Below are positions 12,601 to 27,600 of a stretch of DNA of 64,000 nt, piece after piece; the stretch's first letter is position 1; every line of letters begins with the position of its first letter. Source of the stretch: Yuukianura sp. NJ FZ-2021 (taxonomy: Eukaryota). A model generated the notes under the pieces. That model worked only from the letters and a program-made list of their open reading frames with translations, was not told the origin of the DNA and did no database searches. The stretch is taken from the NCBI GenBank assembly GCA_046563655.1, contig CM102286.1, forward strand, positions 12,896,001 through 12,960,000, written 5' to 3'. The position numbers and the translations under genes are program-made.

Positions 12601-15600
12601 GTTTCGTTCCACGTTGTTAACAAAACGAGCCCGCCACTAGTCAAATTTTCGCGCTGATTTTAAAAATAAACCACCGAAAATGAGTTAATTAGTTTATGTC
12701 ACGGAAGAATTTTCAAATTTGGAGGCAGACTTGACACAGAGGTCAAAACGCTCTAACTCAGCCATGCAAGGTAGCGTAGGTTCACATACTCAAACGAGAC
12801 AAAGTCTTAATTAAGAATCTGAAGTCTTGTTGGTCCTACCTATTAATATTTATGAAAACTAAACATGCAACTGTTGGCGGCCATTTTGAAATCGCTCGGC
12901 CAATGGTAATTGCACAAATTAATTTACCACTTGTCAGGGTGATAACGTCAACTTTTCATGGTTCAGCGATTGTTATTTGAAGTTGGTTTGACTACATGGT
13001 AGGCAAGCTGAGAGAAAATTATTGCAATTACCAACTTCCATGAATAAGAAATTGGGAAAACCGAAAGCAGAGAACTTTCCAGTGCCAACTTTCTAAATAA
13101 TGCCTCCAGACAGGAAATTTCATAATTCAGCAACCGGTGTATGTTTATACTTTCCGCTCCAAATTAGTCACAATAGCGGGAGAGACGAAAGTCTTTTGTA
13201 CTTGGTATGGATTTTTAATTTGTCACGAACGTTTTTTTGTGGTGCGGAATAAAGTAAGAAACTCTACACTTCCACTAGGGAGTTTTTTTTTAAATCAAAA
13301 GACAAATGAGTAGCGACAGGGTCTAGTGTTCCATGTTTTAAAAATAAACCTGTCAAAATTCAAAATCTGTTTTCCTCTTTAAAAAAAGCGAAAAGCGTCT
13401 TTGCTACTTTCCTGTCATGGACTCAAGTGGAGTGGGGGCGGGAATGAGGAATAAAGAAGGCGGGTCCGCTTGAATTTGAAATTAATGTAGGCTCAATTAA
13501 TTAGTATGCAAGACAATGTGTCGAAACCAATAACTCAACTTCAAAAATTCCCGCCTTAAGGAAATGCCCGCCTTCTTCCGTGGTAGAAACGTTAAGAAAG
13601 TTCTGGAAGTGCGGAGAAAGTCAGCAGAGGTTAAAGCACCTTCCGGTGCGTTTTGCATAATTAGACTCGACTTTCACCGAAACATCATCACCGTTTACAG
13701 TAAAGGTAAAACAAATTTTAAGTCCAAAAAACTAAACATTTCTAAAAAAAATGTTAAGCCAAAAAAAAAACGTTTTTCCTTCTTCTTCTTTTTTCCCTGC
13801 AATTTTTGGCCAACTAGCAACCAAAATCTCTTTAGCATTTCTTTGTCTTTACACCAAAATTTGTTTACTTTCTCTTCTGCCGTAATTTATGGCTTTCTCC
13901 TCTTAAACAGAAGGCGAAATTTTTCTTCTTGCGACTGTTGTTTTAGCATTAGCATCTAAAGTCAAGATCTAAAGTTGGAAAAGCAAAATGGGCGCCAAAA
14001 CCTTCCTGTTGTTTTTGCTTCAGGCCTGCATTTGTACTTCGGAAAACAACAAAGTTTAAGTTTACAAACTGAAAATTAATTAACAGAAGAAAGTAGAAGA
14101 AGCAAAAACAGCAGAGGATCACGTTCCGTATTTTCACTAACAATTTTACAGTGTTTTGGTCCTAGAGCCGTTGAATCCTGGGATGCAGTAACGTACGAAA
14201 CCTTGCTTCAAATTCGTAAACAATTAGAATTAGGAAAACAATAGCAAAGTGAACTGTGCAGTTTGACCTAAAAACTTCTATTGAAACCTGAGAAAACATG
14301 GAACAACTTTGTAAACATCCAAATTAGGCAAAAAATAACTCCTGTGTTTTGTTATTGAAACAGAACGTTCCTCTTCGGCTGGAAAAATATTTTTCGTGTA
14401 CTGATACTTACAGCGCAGCCAAACGCATAGACTAAATGATGGGTAAATAAAAATTAAAAACACAAATTTCATAAAGAAACAAGTTCTAAAATTCAAGGTG
14501 ACCTGAATTTTCAAAAACCTGTGAAAAGAATTTCTTTTTTGAAAATTTATTCGACTGACAATGACGTCAATACTTCTCATCTTTGAAGAGAAAAAAAATC
14601 TTCACAAAAGTCAAATTAATTTTCATAATAAAAATTTTCTTTCAGCACTATCTGGAATTTATCATTTCCAGAAACTTTTCATCTTTGTAAAGAAAAAAAA
14701 ACAAAGTTCTTCATTTTAGCAACGAAAGAATTATGTCAAGTCTTACAATTTACTTCTGATGTTGTTTGGATTTAAAAGAATATTACGTCACGAAGTAATC
14801 AAGAAAAAATTTCTAAAAATCCCAACATCATCTCTGCGTGTGTTGAAATGTCAAAATTCGCCCAAAATTTTCCATACGCATGTTGAACCGAAATTGCTTT
14901 AGCTTTTAGTTTTAGGTTTATATAGTTTCTAGTTTTGGAATTTGATATTACCAAAATTTGTCAAAAAGGAACCGAAGTCTCTAGCTAGTGGAATTTCGTT
15001 AATAACTTTTTGCGGTATTTGGCCAATTTATTTACAACTTTTGCTATGCAAGATCCCCGCGCGGTATTCTCCAAGAGAGCATAACTTCAAAATTCAAAAT
15101 GGCCGAGATTCAGCTTTTTGAAAATCAAAATTCCGGAAGCTAACAAGTTATAACCAGTGGATTTATAATGCTCGGAGCAGCGTAGCGTTTCCTGTGCGTT
15201 CTATTGTTATTTTGGGCTACAAACTATCCCAGCACATCATAGTTCCCCGCTTCCAATTGGAATTGGGCCAAAGTTAATGAATTTGAATGTTTTGGAATCA
15301 CTTTGTTAGTATCATTAGAACCGAAATTTCAAATGGTGCACAACTCACAAGTTATTCTTAAGTATCTCTTAACTCTGTCGTGATCCAAATCTACTACAAC
15401 ACAAATCCCCATGTTCTCTTTCATCCTTCCTAGTGCTATTATTATCGATGTCTAAAGAAATGTAGCCTAGAATTTAGAATTTAGTCTAGATCTAGAAGCT
15501 TTTTGCCTAGTATCATTACTTCTAGAACACCAAAAGCTTTAGTAGTAGCCCATTAATTGGTCTTGACTCTTTACACTAGATTTAGTTCAACTAACGACTA

Positions 15601-18600
15601 GAAGCAGCAACTTACAACATCCAGTCACTTAACCCTTTCAACCCTGTTCAATTAAAATTAGAATTCTAGAGGTCTACGCTATTTCTTCACATCTTGCCAA
15701 AAACAAGCTTTAGCTTACACTAGAGATGAAATTTTTCAAAAACTTTTTTTTTGAATTTAGAAAGCCTCTTTTTTCCTTTGTTCTAAACACATCATTTCCG
15801 ATTTGAGTGGGATCAGGTGCTTTTCAAAAAGTTTGGTCGTAAAAGTGCGGCTAAAACACAAAACACGCAAATCTCGTTCTATAAAATATTGCCACAAATC
15901 TATTCCAAACTCGTTTCGGTTTTTTTTGAGCGTGCTTCTGCAAAAATATAAAAACTGCCGAAAGTGAGCTGTTAAATTCCTAACCGGAAATTTCGAAACA
16001 CAAATTTCGTGTCAATACCCGTGCCTACGGTTGTCATAAAGTTGATTACGATTTCCGGATTTGGATGGCTTGCGGTTTCGCGGTTTTTTCAAAAATGGGA
16101 AACTGGCTTAATACAATTCGTTCCAGCTTCCCATGACTTTTCTATTTTTTAGACTCCCATTTCACTGCATGATTAAAGTCGAAGTTAAAAAACCCACCAT
16201 GGTGGATTTTACTTTTATGTTGTCATTTCAAGCAAAGGATCAAAGACTTTCTCGTCTTCCGTGATAATCATTAAACCTAAAACTGACAACTTTTAGTACT
16301 GCTCTTAATTCTTAAAAGAAAAGAACAAATCTATTCATCCAAAGAACACAAATAAGCGAGTAACAAAAGAGTAAAAAAAAGCTCTCAGAAGTTCGAAGTG
16401 AGCCAAATAAAAGACTTGAGCACGCCACAAGTTTTTAGAGGAAGAAATATCATATGAGAGAAGCAAAAAATTAATAATACTAGAAACAGTGAAACAGAAG
16501 GAGAAAGCACAAAACAGAAATCGGAAAACCCGCAGTTACACACAGGAGACTTGGAGAGCACATCATTCGCTTTTTTCTCTACTGCAAATCGGTGGGCCAT
16601 TTCAGAAAATGAAACAGAAAAGAAGTGAACTGTGTAATGATTTTTACAAAGTATTTTTTTAAAGTAAACAACGCGGGAAAAAACCTAACTGAAAAGAAAG
16701 CGAAGACAAGGTACTACCAGCAGCACCGAGAAAAAAACCAAGCTGCTTTCTTTAGCCTAAGTTTAATCTATATATAAATTGAATCCGTTCCGCTTCATCG
16801 TTGAGAGCACATCAGAAAAGTGAATGAAAAGCTATCTTAACATAGAAGTTTCGCATGGGAAAGAGAAACTAACCTAAACCATGTGTCTATTTTGAAAATC
16901 TTCCGGATTCAAAATTTCGCCAAAATGTTAGGAAAAGCACGAAAATAGACAAGTTCTGAATCAGATGCGTCTGGGGTCCCATGTGTTTGTATAGATTTAC
17001 ATTAGGATTAAGCGGATTTGAGCTGCGTTGAACTAGTTTTACGCTAGGTTGTGACGGATTCAATCCGCGTTTGGGTTATCGAATGTTAGAGTGAACGTAA
17101 ACCAAAAATTTGAGCAAGACGATGAGAGATTGATGACAATCAATTAGTTCCAGGTGACTCTCTTCCTGTCCTCACCACGCTTTAATTCGTGTCAAAGCGT
17201 CGTCTCTGCGTATAGTCATAATGCAAAAGCCATTGCCGTTGCTCATCTTCCTCATCGTCAGATTTAATGGCCAAACCGCCTTTGATCTCTATTCCCTAGA
17301 ATATGATTTGAGGTTTTGGCAAAGTACTTAGAGTTTCATCTCTGCCAAAATATTCAAAGTTTCCGCCTCTTCTCCCTGTCTTCTTCGTCTCGATGGTTGA
17401 AATACCTCAAAGATTAAACATTATGTAGGGCAAAGAGCAAAGATCTTCTTAAGATCTTCAGCTAACAATTGTTTGCTCTTCGCCTCCAAAAGCTCTCCTG
17501 CTCTAATTCATTAATCGATTACTTTTCCCAAAGTGGAAACTAAGAAGACACTTGGAGCAGAATTATGAATAAATCCTAGACAAAGTACAAAACAACACGG
17601 TTCCATTTTCCTTTTCTAGTCTTTCTATTATCTTGTTCAACACTTTCTCCAACTACCGCCAACTTTTGAATTCGAATTGTATTGTTCTCGGCGGCGTTGA
17701 TACAATTTTCTCCATTTCTATTCTTCCCTTCGCTCCGGCGCGTACCATCACTACATGTTCATCAATAAAGAACACGCTGGGATAATTATTTCCAAGCGAC
17801 ATCGGCCAAAGTTATTAGAATCAACCCCGGAGCAAAGGATGTGTGGCGACAGTGTAACCATGACAACCGAAAAGTTCTTGTAATCATTTGACAAGATCCA
17901 TTTACACACGTTTGATCAATTCAAACAACTTTTTGTCCTACTAAAAGTATCATCTTTCAGTCCAATCAAAATCAACAATAGGTTATGTGCGCATTGCTCT
18001 TGAAGTTTAGCATGCACGTAGAAGAGAAAATAAGCCTCTTTTGAATTCGAAAATCCCGCGAACACTCTCGTTGAGTCAATTATTCAAATTGGACTGGATT
18101 TATATCCTCCCGCTCCCGCTTACTTCCTGGGATGGAGTTTTCTTTTACTCTATTTTGAATGTTCCACATGTGACAGCATAATAATATTGGATTCGTTGGA
18201 AATTTTGAACAAACGTGGCGCAAACTTTCAAAAATTCGTTTCTGCCTGCGCCTGAGTTTCTTACAATTGTCATCTTTTGTTATGACTGACGTATGGAGGG
18301 AACCAGCTTTCTTTTGCCTAGTTATTTTTTATACAATTTCCTTTTTTCTTTTTGAAAAGATAAATGACATGAACATAAAGTCAGCTTGCAGGAAATGTTT
18401 CAAAAATTTCAACTTTTCCCGGTTTTTCGTATTCCAAAGTTAAAAGAAAAATTTCCAGTCACTTTTTCTTCTCAGTTCTTTTCCGTAAAGGCTCAAAAAT
18501 AAAGATTTTTAGAAGTTCCATTTCCTTCCGTTTTTCTGTTACTTTAGGGCACGGCTTTCCCTTAACCCACTAAAGTGAACAAGCAGAAAGAAAAAGAAAT

Positions 18601-21600
18601 GGTGAATGTAAAAATTTGGAACAAAAAAGAGAAAGTTTGAATGGCGTTCTCCAAACTGCTTTTGAAAGTTTGAAATTTTTAGCTTCGAGGCATACCAAAA
18701 AGGATGAAAAACCAACTGAACATTTTTGGCAGAAAAAGGCGTTACTAAAATATAAAATATACTATTTCGTGAACATTTATATTTTAGCGCTTGAGCCATA
18801 ATCATATTCAAAAACTCCCGCGCTCGTAGAATGTCCGATCTGCGTGTAGTAGCTTTTGTTACTTTGTCTTCACCACCAGAAGTTGAGTTTGGCTTTCTAT
18901 GGAACCCGTAGCAACTTTTAATATCGAAAATCCCCGTTATGTCTATTATGTTCTTCAAATTGAATTACCAGAAGGACTGGATTTGATGGAGAGAAATGGT
19001 AATCGATAGTCCGTATGTTGCATTTCCGACGTTACGAGAAATAGGACTACTAAAGTATGACTATTACACTCAAAACCGTTCCGGAACCATTTTTTCCCAA
19101 AATTTCCCGCCAACGAAAGTCTCCTTGACAAGTCATTTATAATTTTTCATCTTGAGAAATTGACCACTAAAAGGGAATTGACGTTGTTGAGTTATATGAT
19201 ACCACTTTTCTACTAACAGTCTAGTTTCGTACTAACCTCAAACTGATGCTACAAATGGCCGTTTTCATAAAAAAAGGAAGAAAAGTTAAGAAAACTTGGA
19301 AATTTTAAAACCCATGTGAAAAGGAGCAGCTAGTTTTTTCTGAAAAGTTAAAATTTTTATAAATAACGCTTCGTCTAAACGCCGTTCTCTAAAAAATAGT
19401 TAATTTATGTCGAATTTGGCTTTTTTACGGCAGAATTCTTGAGAGATTTGTATTTTTTCTTTGAATTTTTTCGTTTTCTAAATTTAAAATAGTCAAATTT
19501 AGAACAATGGAATTGCATAGCTTCCAGGAAATAAAAAGGATTCGATCGATTGAGTTTCAGTAAAACGGTGCCGTGACACCGCTCTTTCCCAGCATATCGC
19601 TCCCCACGGTGCCATTGTCACACGGTCTAGTGGTAAGAAATATTGACTTTGATTTTCCCCAGTTAGCACCTTATAATCCACACATTTTGTCAATTGCCTT
19701 TCAGCCAAGTTGCCAAGTAGTCACCGTCACCATCAAAATGTTATGGTGAATGAAATAGCGTTCACAGTCCATTTGTGAATATTTTGACACTTTCTCCGCC
19801 TCTTAAACACACTAATCATTCTAGGTGTTAATTAACTCCGTTTTATTTCTAAAATTAATCAACATAAGTCTTAGCTTTTGAATTGGGTTTAACCACACTC
19901 TGTATTTCGGCATGAATAGACTATAATCCAAAGACTCAAATTGAAAGGACCTGGTGAAAGGAAAGGCGTTTGAATTTAAGCTCCAAATGTTCTGGCGTTT
20001 CTGAATTGGCGTGTTCAAATATCTGTTCAAATAGTCAAACAACTTTGGAAAGTTGGAGCCCTTACAAGATAGAAAGTGATCTGCTAATGTTTCACCTCAT
20101 TTCCATGTAAATGGTGTTTTCCCCTCAGAATGTTTCCTAAAAGAACCTAACCTAGCGTAGGGAAAGTAACATAAGGGTATTCTGGTGGGAAAGTGTTTTC
20201 TACCTCTTTCACTTTTAAATTGCTTGTTCCTTGTTTACCACCATTGTTCTCTCCTTGTAATAAAAAATCCAATTGCTTCTGTTTTTAAGAACCAATCTCC
20301 ATTGTCTTCGGCCCTTAAGTGCCTCTGTTCCCTTAAGATCCCGTTTTCTTCCTACTTTTCACTCACTAGAGGCTTGTTTTAGTCACTAGACGCTCCAATT
20401 CAAACACACCCATCACCTACTTCATTTTTTTCACACCTCGGAAAGTGTTTTTTTTTTCTCACCATTTTCTCACACCCTTGTCACACGTCAAGAAGAAGCC
20501 AATAAATTTCGGTTGTGGGATCGAATCCCGGAGAGAGAAAAAAATGACACGTAAGAGGTATACCTATAGTATCTACTATCAGAAAATTCTGGCGATACAT
20601 ACGAAAGATTACGAAGTGAGATGAAAAATTAAAGCTTCTTTTTTTTTGTGGTTGATTCAAACGTTAGAAGAAAACAAGTCTCTCGACTTCACCAGAAGTA
20701 CAAGAACGGGTTTTACCCAAGGTTTGTTGATTTTGATTTTCTTGAGGTTTTCTTTAAGGTTGGGTAATACCTCATGTTTTTTTCATTTTGCAAAAAAAAA
20801 ATGACATTTCATTTCAGGGCAACGTAGTTATAAAAATACGGCCGAATTTTTTAGATTTTGAATACAAATTGTAGCAATTTTTCGGATTGGTACTAAAATT
20901 GGTATCAATTTTTGTTTTTGTTTTTTTTTTCTGTCAACAAGCGAGGTAATACCCAACCTGATAAAGAAAATCTTCTTGTTGTGAAGGAACCTTGGGTTTT
21001 ACACTTTCGGTTTTTCGTATTTTTCTTGCAGTGGGCTGGAAAGGACGCATTAGAGTAAAAGATCTTTGGTTGGCAATTGAAAGTAGGACAAGAATATATA
21101 GAAATCCTAACAGGAATTTATAGGATGACATAAATCAGCGATTCCACAAATAAAATAAAAGGAATGAAATGTGAGGGTAAAGGGAGGCTCTCGTCCTATT
21201 TATCTTACATCTCAAAATCTTACTCCTTAATTCTTAAGAACTTTGCAAAAAAAAAGTATTGGGTATTGGTAGAACCACAGGAAGAAACTTACTGTTTTGT
21301 CTCTGTCGTCGTACAAAAATTTAGACATGCTAAAAAGCCTTAGACGTAAGAAACCACTTTGTTCGAAACGAGAAAAGACAACAGCGATGACAAGTTGGTC
21401 TAATAATATTTTTGTTTTAATTTTTCAAAAGCTAAAACTAAAATTTCAGAGGCAAATTTTTTGCAATACTGGGTAATTTCTGGCACTCAATTTTTCTGCG
21501 CAGCCTCATCTACTAGTTTGGCAAAAATAAAATTGTCATGCTTCAAAATAATTCATAATTTGAAATCACTCGACTGAAACGATGGGATGGTTCCAGAAAG

Positions 21601-24600
21601 CACTTTAGATCGTAATTTTTTGGGCCAATTTCCCACCCATTCTCATGTGTCCTCAAAAAAGCAAAAAAAAAACTTGGAGAAAGCGCGTGGAGAAAGTCAC
21701 AGTTCCACGCGATTGTTACGCATGGAACACTGCAACTTTTTAGTTTTGCTCGCTTTTAGGTTAGGTTTTGTTAGTTTTCATGTTTAGTCAGAAAGCCTTT
21801 ACCTTAAAAAGCTTCGACCTTAACAAATTTCAAGCCATTACGACTACAGGCGCAACCTAAACATAGCAACCGTTAGGTAAATTGGGCATAGAGAACCTTA
21901 TTAGAACAAATTGGAACCAACTTTTGGAAGAAAATTGTATTGCGTCATTTTCTGAAAATTTGTAAAGGCAAAGAACCTATTACGAAGTTTACAAAAGAGT
22001 TTTCTGGAAGTTAGAAAATAAAAAAAAAACTTAACAAACACCTTTAGGTTAACAACCACCACTTTCTGCCATGGTTAGTTCCCTTTTCTTTTCTTTCCGA
22101 AACCTTAATGTTAAAAAAGAGAAAGCGCATCCAATCAAAAACTAGTGTTTGTTAATTTTTGCTTGCGTAATATTAGGTATTCCTTGTATTTGGCGTGATG
22201 AAACCCAAGTCGGCAACGTCAATCGGTCAACTTTGATCTAATCGGAATTTTCCAACAAAAAGTTGGTTCTAGCTACGCCAATCTTTTACTTTGGCTAAAA
22301 TGCTACTTCGGTTTCCACTTTTCATTAATTCTTAAAACATAGGTTTTAGTCTTAGCGCGATGAAAGTGTTTTGGGGAAACCTCTAAGATTGAAATATTAG
22401 TGAAAGCATTCCGATTATCTATACTAAAAATCTGCCGCATGACAAATCGAAAGTTTCTTGTCGAGTGGAAAACGAAAAAAGATGAAAATTTTAACAGAAC
22501 GAATCCTTTTTCTCCAAATCCAGTATGCGCATCTTCATTCTATTGAGTGTGTCGCACTCATGCGTCAACCACATAAGGCGAAAAAAAATTTCCTCTCGGG
22601 CTTCGTCTGGACTGTAATTTTCAGGAGGGACAAAATTTGAATTCAATTATTGGCGGCAATGAATATTTGACAAGTTTCTGTTTACAACGGCCATGCTCTG
22701 GGATTTGGTGAAAGTGGAACAAAATTTGGAAGTAAAAGTGAGGAGCAAAGGAGGAAGCTTTCGACCGCTCAAAATGAAAACGTGCATAACTAACTAAGGT
22801 CGGTTGGTTAATGAGCAATAGGTGAGCCTGTTGTTTGTTTTTCAAACGAGTGTTGGTTGAAATTTTGGACGTTTAACAGCAAATGTAATAACTGGCTACT
22901 ATTCCAGAAAAATTAAATTCTGGAAACTACAAGAATCGAGAAACAAAATCCACTTTTCCAACCACAAAGCAAACGAGAAAAAAAATCAAACGCCATTAAT
23001 TTGGTGGCGTGTCAACTACCATCAAACGTTCAATTTTTTTTTCACCTCTATGTACATAACACTTTACTTGGACTTTTTCTCCCTCAATATTCCACTGACC
23101 TCGAATTCAAATTACATTGGTTTGCATTTTACGTCAATGTTAGGTCAACTCCAATTCCTAAAATTCTCAACAACAAAAAAATTCAATGGATCTTATCGAG
23201 TGAATAAAGCGAAACTTTCACCTACTGCACGCTTTTCTTTTTCAAAATTGGCATTAAGGTAATAGAACAATGGATTCTGTGCGTGGCTTTATGGGTTAGT
23301 TGTCACCTGATAACTGCTCCAAATTTCGCCCACTTCCACTCTTGAGTCCAATTGAGTAATCAATTCTGCCCATTCGCTCATTTTTTTGAAAAAAGTACAA
23401 ATTATGTTCCGAATTTTTGTGTTTCTAATAAAAAGTGTATAACTGTCATTACCACTACCATCCGCACTTTTTATGTTCACGTTGATCACGATGGGTGTGA
23501 TTGCGAACAGCCTAATTTTACAGAATTTGGATTTTCATTAGATTTGGCCTTTTTTTGCCTTTCACTTTCTTCTTCCTTCGCTCGTTTGCTCATTTGAGTG
23601 AAATCGAAGGAGGTTTATGAGGCTGAAGCCTTTACGACCCAATAGAATAGAAATTTACTATCGACGGAGGAGGAAATCCATTGCAGTTTAGGAAGAGACC
23701 AGCACTGAACGATGGAAAGTAGACTTTCTTTGCTTTCTTCTCTATCAGATGCATCTTCCAAAAGTTCTGGAAGGAACCAACAAAGACACACTATGGCTAC
23801 TGGGCCTGACCAAAGTCTATCTAACCAAGACGAATTTCATCCCATTAGGCACAGCCACAACTTACACTTTCTTCGGAGCTTTTACTGCTTTCCCTTCTCC
23901 AAAATATAACTTTTAAATCTTCTCCAGAAAATCTTTGAAAAGTTTCAAAAGTTTTGTCCAGCGAGAGGATTTTCCCTATAGAATGGAAAGCACTATAAAA
24001 TATTCTGTGTTCAAATAACGACTGGAGAAAAGTAGTAAGCGGGAAGAGATGATCCTGATTAAAATTCAAACCAAGTTTTCTCTATTCATGAACCCTCCTA
24101 TACTCCTTCATCTTTACTTTCACTTTAACTGTGGACCAACAATGATGAGTAGCATAGTAGGGCATCTGAGTGAAGCTACAGCTTGGATTAAGGTTTGAGT
24201 TAACTCTAGAGTTGCCCAGCTCAGTAATTAGAATATCGCACAAGATAAATAATATACGACTCTCCGGAGGCCCCTCCGTAATCATTTTCAAAAAGTTTTT
24301 AGTCACATAAAACTATAGTAAAGGGAAAATCCTAAACTTGTTCTTTAGTAACCGCTGCTTTTCCACAGATACAAATTTATTGTTTGTTCTAAAAATTTGT
24401 TTTGAACAACAAAGATTTGGGGTCTTGTTTCCCTTCAACCACAAACCATAGAACAAGTTTCAAGTCATGTTGCTTTACCATTGTAAACGTTACCGCGTAC
24501 ACACCTTACCCTATTGTAAATGTTACGCAACCCTCTCAAGACCAGAAAGGAAAAGTTTTCACCAAACAAAAACTTTTGGAAACGAGAAGAGAGAGCAGGA

Positions 24601-27600
24601 AAATGACAGGTTAATATATGACCTGCACTGGAGAGGTACAAGGGGCCTGGGACTGAAACTGCCAAGTCCCTTGAGAGTACTTGAGTTCACCTGAAGGATG
24701 GAATATTGCAACAAAGGACTAGTTTTCTGGAACAAGAAACTTTGCTTTCACTTGCTTCAGCGATAGCTCCAACGCTGCAGCGACAGCTTCCCAGTCAATA
24801 TTTCAGCGAACTGAAAAGAAGCGACAAATTATCTGTCCGACGTCGCCCGAAGCCCTTCTGGGCAACGTCTATTGTGATCTATAGGAAACCCTAAAACCTT
24901 AAAAGGAACAAGAAGATGAAGAAGGGAAGCAGGAGGCTGGTTGTGCTGGACCAATTGAGCTCCATGGAACCTAACCTAGCGTTCCAGGCACTTGAAATTC
25001 TCAAAGTGTGTTTCCCATAAATTACGTTTTTGGAGATACCAAACTACCCGGGTTTCTACCCGGGTATTTCGGGCTGAAAGAGAAAGTGAACGAAGGAAAT
25101 GACATCTGAACTAAAATAATAGAGCTCATCCATAGTCCGCATGGGGAACGAATTCTAACACAGAAGCTGGTAGTTCTAACCATTTATCCCATTTTCTAAA
25201 ACAGAAACTAATGAACCTCTTTTCACAAAATTTCGAAGTTTGACTTTTTCACTTTTTGTAAATTTTGAAAAAATGTGTGAACAGGCTAACGAGTAGAGAG
25301 TAGAGAACCGGAACGGATGGGCGAAGGAACACGCATGTGCAAAGAATTTGGAATTTTTGGAGCCAAGGATTACTGTCAACATTTCCAAAAGTCAGATACT
25401 AATCTTTTAGTCTTTTTCTAAAAAGCTCCTTGTTCTAAAATTTTAGAACACTCGGAGAATCATTTCAATTAGATCTCTGCACACTAATTTGACACTGATC
25501 CTTTTATCTTATTAGAGACATTTTCAAGCTTGCAAGTACGAAACTTTTAGCTCAACTTTTTGAAATCTGTGTAATTAAATTTACAAAACACTTCTTTATG
25601 CTCTTCCCTTTACAAGGTAATTCACAGCGTGTAAACGAAGTGCTTTTTATAGACTTTTTGGAATTTGGTTTCGAAGAAGTGAATTTGATTTCAATTAGAG
25701 TTACAAAAAGTTTTGCGAAAATTTGAAACTTCCAAATTCTGGGAATCTAAAATACTGGGTGAGAATTTAACTTTCACCAGGCAGAGAGTGGAAGTGTTGG
25801 AAACTCTTTGTGTTATTAAGAGGTTCCAAAAGTCAAAAGTCTTTTTAGCATAATTTCCTGCTGGAATATAATGAAGATTCTTAAAAAAAGAGAAAGTTCG
25901 AGAGCAAAAAGCTGAAAAGCTAGCTAGCGCTTAAGCGTTTGCTGGAGCGGCGCTAACGCTTCAAGTTCTAAAGCTTCTATTAACTTTTTTTCTTCATTTT
26001 GTGCTGGGTCGATAATAATTTGAGAAACTAGTAACTGCTTGGAACGAAGAAGAAAAAAGTGTCTGGAGGAACAGAGTTTTTTAACTAAGTACCTCCAAGT
26101 CCTTTCCAAAATCCAGTTAAGTGTTCTTTTCTAGAAAAAAATGTAGAGAAAAATTTGAAGGAAAAGGATAAGAGTTTAGTCTTCCTTTCTCCATGAGAAA
26201 ATGCATTTTCTCGTTTCTTTTTTTCTTCAAAAATGTCTTAGTTTTCTTCTCGAACTGAAGTAGAAAAGGAGTTTTCTCCGCGACTCTAAAAACTGTATTT
26301 TCGAAATGGAAAAAATGGCCATCATTCCGCGCGTATACTTTTTATCTTATCGTTCAAGCGCGGAAGCCTCCGTTTTTGAAAAAGTTTTTTTGGCGTTCCG
26401 AACGTTAGAGAAAGTTTGAGACTTTCTCTTAAAAGAAAAGAAGAAACGAGCGGAGGATGGATTCGGGAAGAGTCACATTAAGAAACTGTTCACAGAAAAT
26501 GGAAAAATGAATCTTATTCTGTTAATGTCTTCCCTAAACTCCTTCTTAACTTCCTTCAAATGACATTTTCAACATAATCTTTAGACTTTTACTATTCATT
26601 TTCTAACTTTTTAACATTCCTGAAGAAAAAAGTTAGAGCAGCAATTGAACTTAAAAAAAGCAATTTTTTATGTTGTAGACAGATGGCTGTTTAGCTATCA
26701 AGATTTAATTGATTTTGAGTTAATAACTTTGTGCAAAATTACTCAAAAACGCATCAAAACATGAGAAAGTAACGAAGTAATTTAATGCATGCATAGCACC
26801 AACCACAAGTTGTTAAAACAAGTTTGTTTTTGTTCTAATTTTGAATTTTAGAACAAACGTTGCAATGAGGAAGTAGTCGCCCTTGTTTCGTCTACTGAAC
26901 AAATTTGTTGTTGAAAAGTTTGAATATTTTATGTCACATCTTTCAAAGTTTTATGACTGGAGACAACTGGTGCTTTATTTTTGTTTATTTTCTTTAACAA
27001 AAAGTTTATGAAGTTTCTTCAACTTTCTTAGAAAATCAATTTCTGTTTACGTAATATATTGTATGAAAAGGTGGTTCTAGCATTCATATAGGAAAAATAA
27101 AATTTAGTTTTCCTGACAAGGTACTTTGTTTTTGAAAATCTAATGAAAGCAGCACATCAATACTGGTTTGTTTTAGACGCTAAAACTAATTTGAAAGAAA
27201 ATTAGTTGAAACGAACCAAAATGAACTTCTTTGGATTCAATTTGAATAAATAAATGTTTTGCACAAAATTTTGACTGATTTCAACAAAAATGGTGACTAA
27301 TATAAACTGTCTAAACTTGACTTAAAATGAAAAATTTCATTCATTTCAAAGTTTATTATTTGAAAACGTTTAGTTGTTTAACTAAGTAGAAACAGGAAGT
27401 ATAGAATTGCAAAGAATTATGACGTTCCTCTGCTGTAATAGAGAACTTGTTCTATTTTGTTAAAGAAATAGGCTAAAAGCCATTTGGTCTCTTCAATAAA
27501 ACTAGAAAGGAAATAGACTACGTTAGTCTACATTTCCCCAGTTTTTCTTCGTCTTCGTCTAAAAGTGTACTAGTCGTAAGTGTTCCTTGGGAAGTTGGAT

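Noticed and set aside
20511..20531. tRNA T-arm-like GGTTGTGGGATCGAATCCCGG
   Set aside because: Isolated fragment without acceptor, D or anticodon arms; at most a SINE remnant.
21287..21337. Possible 37-nt microexon (ttttag...GTAAGT) on the minus strand
   Set aside because: Weak donor context (ACA|GT), frame-shifting length and no supporting feature; such matches are expected by chance in 50 kb.
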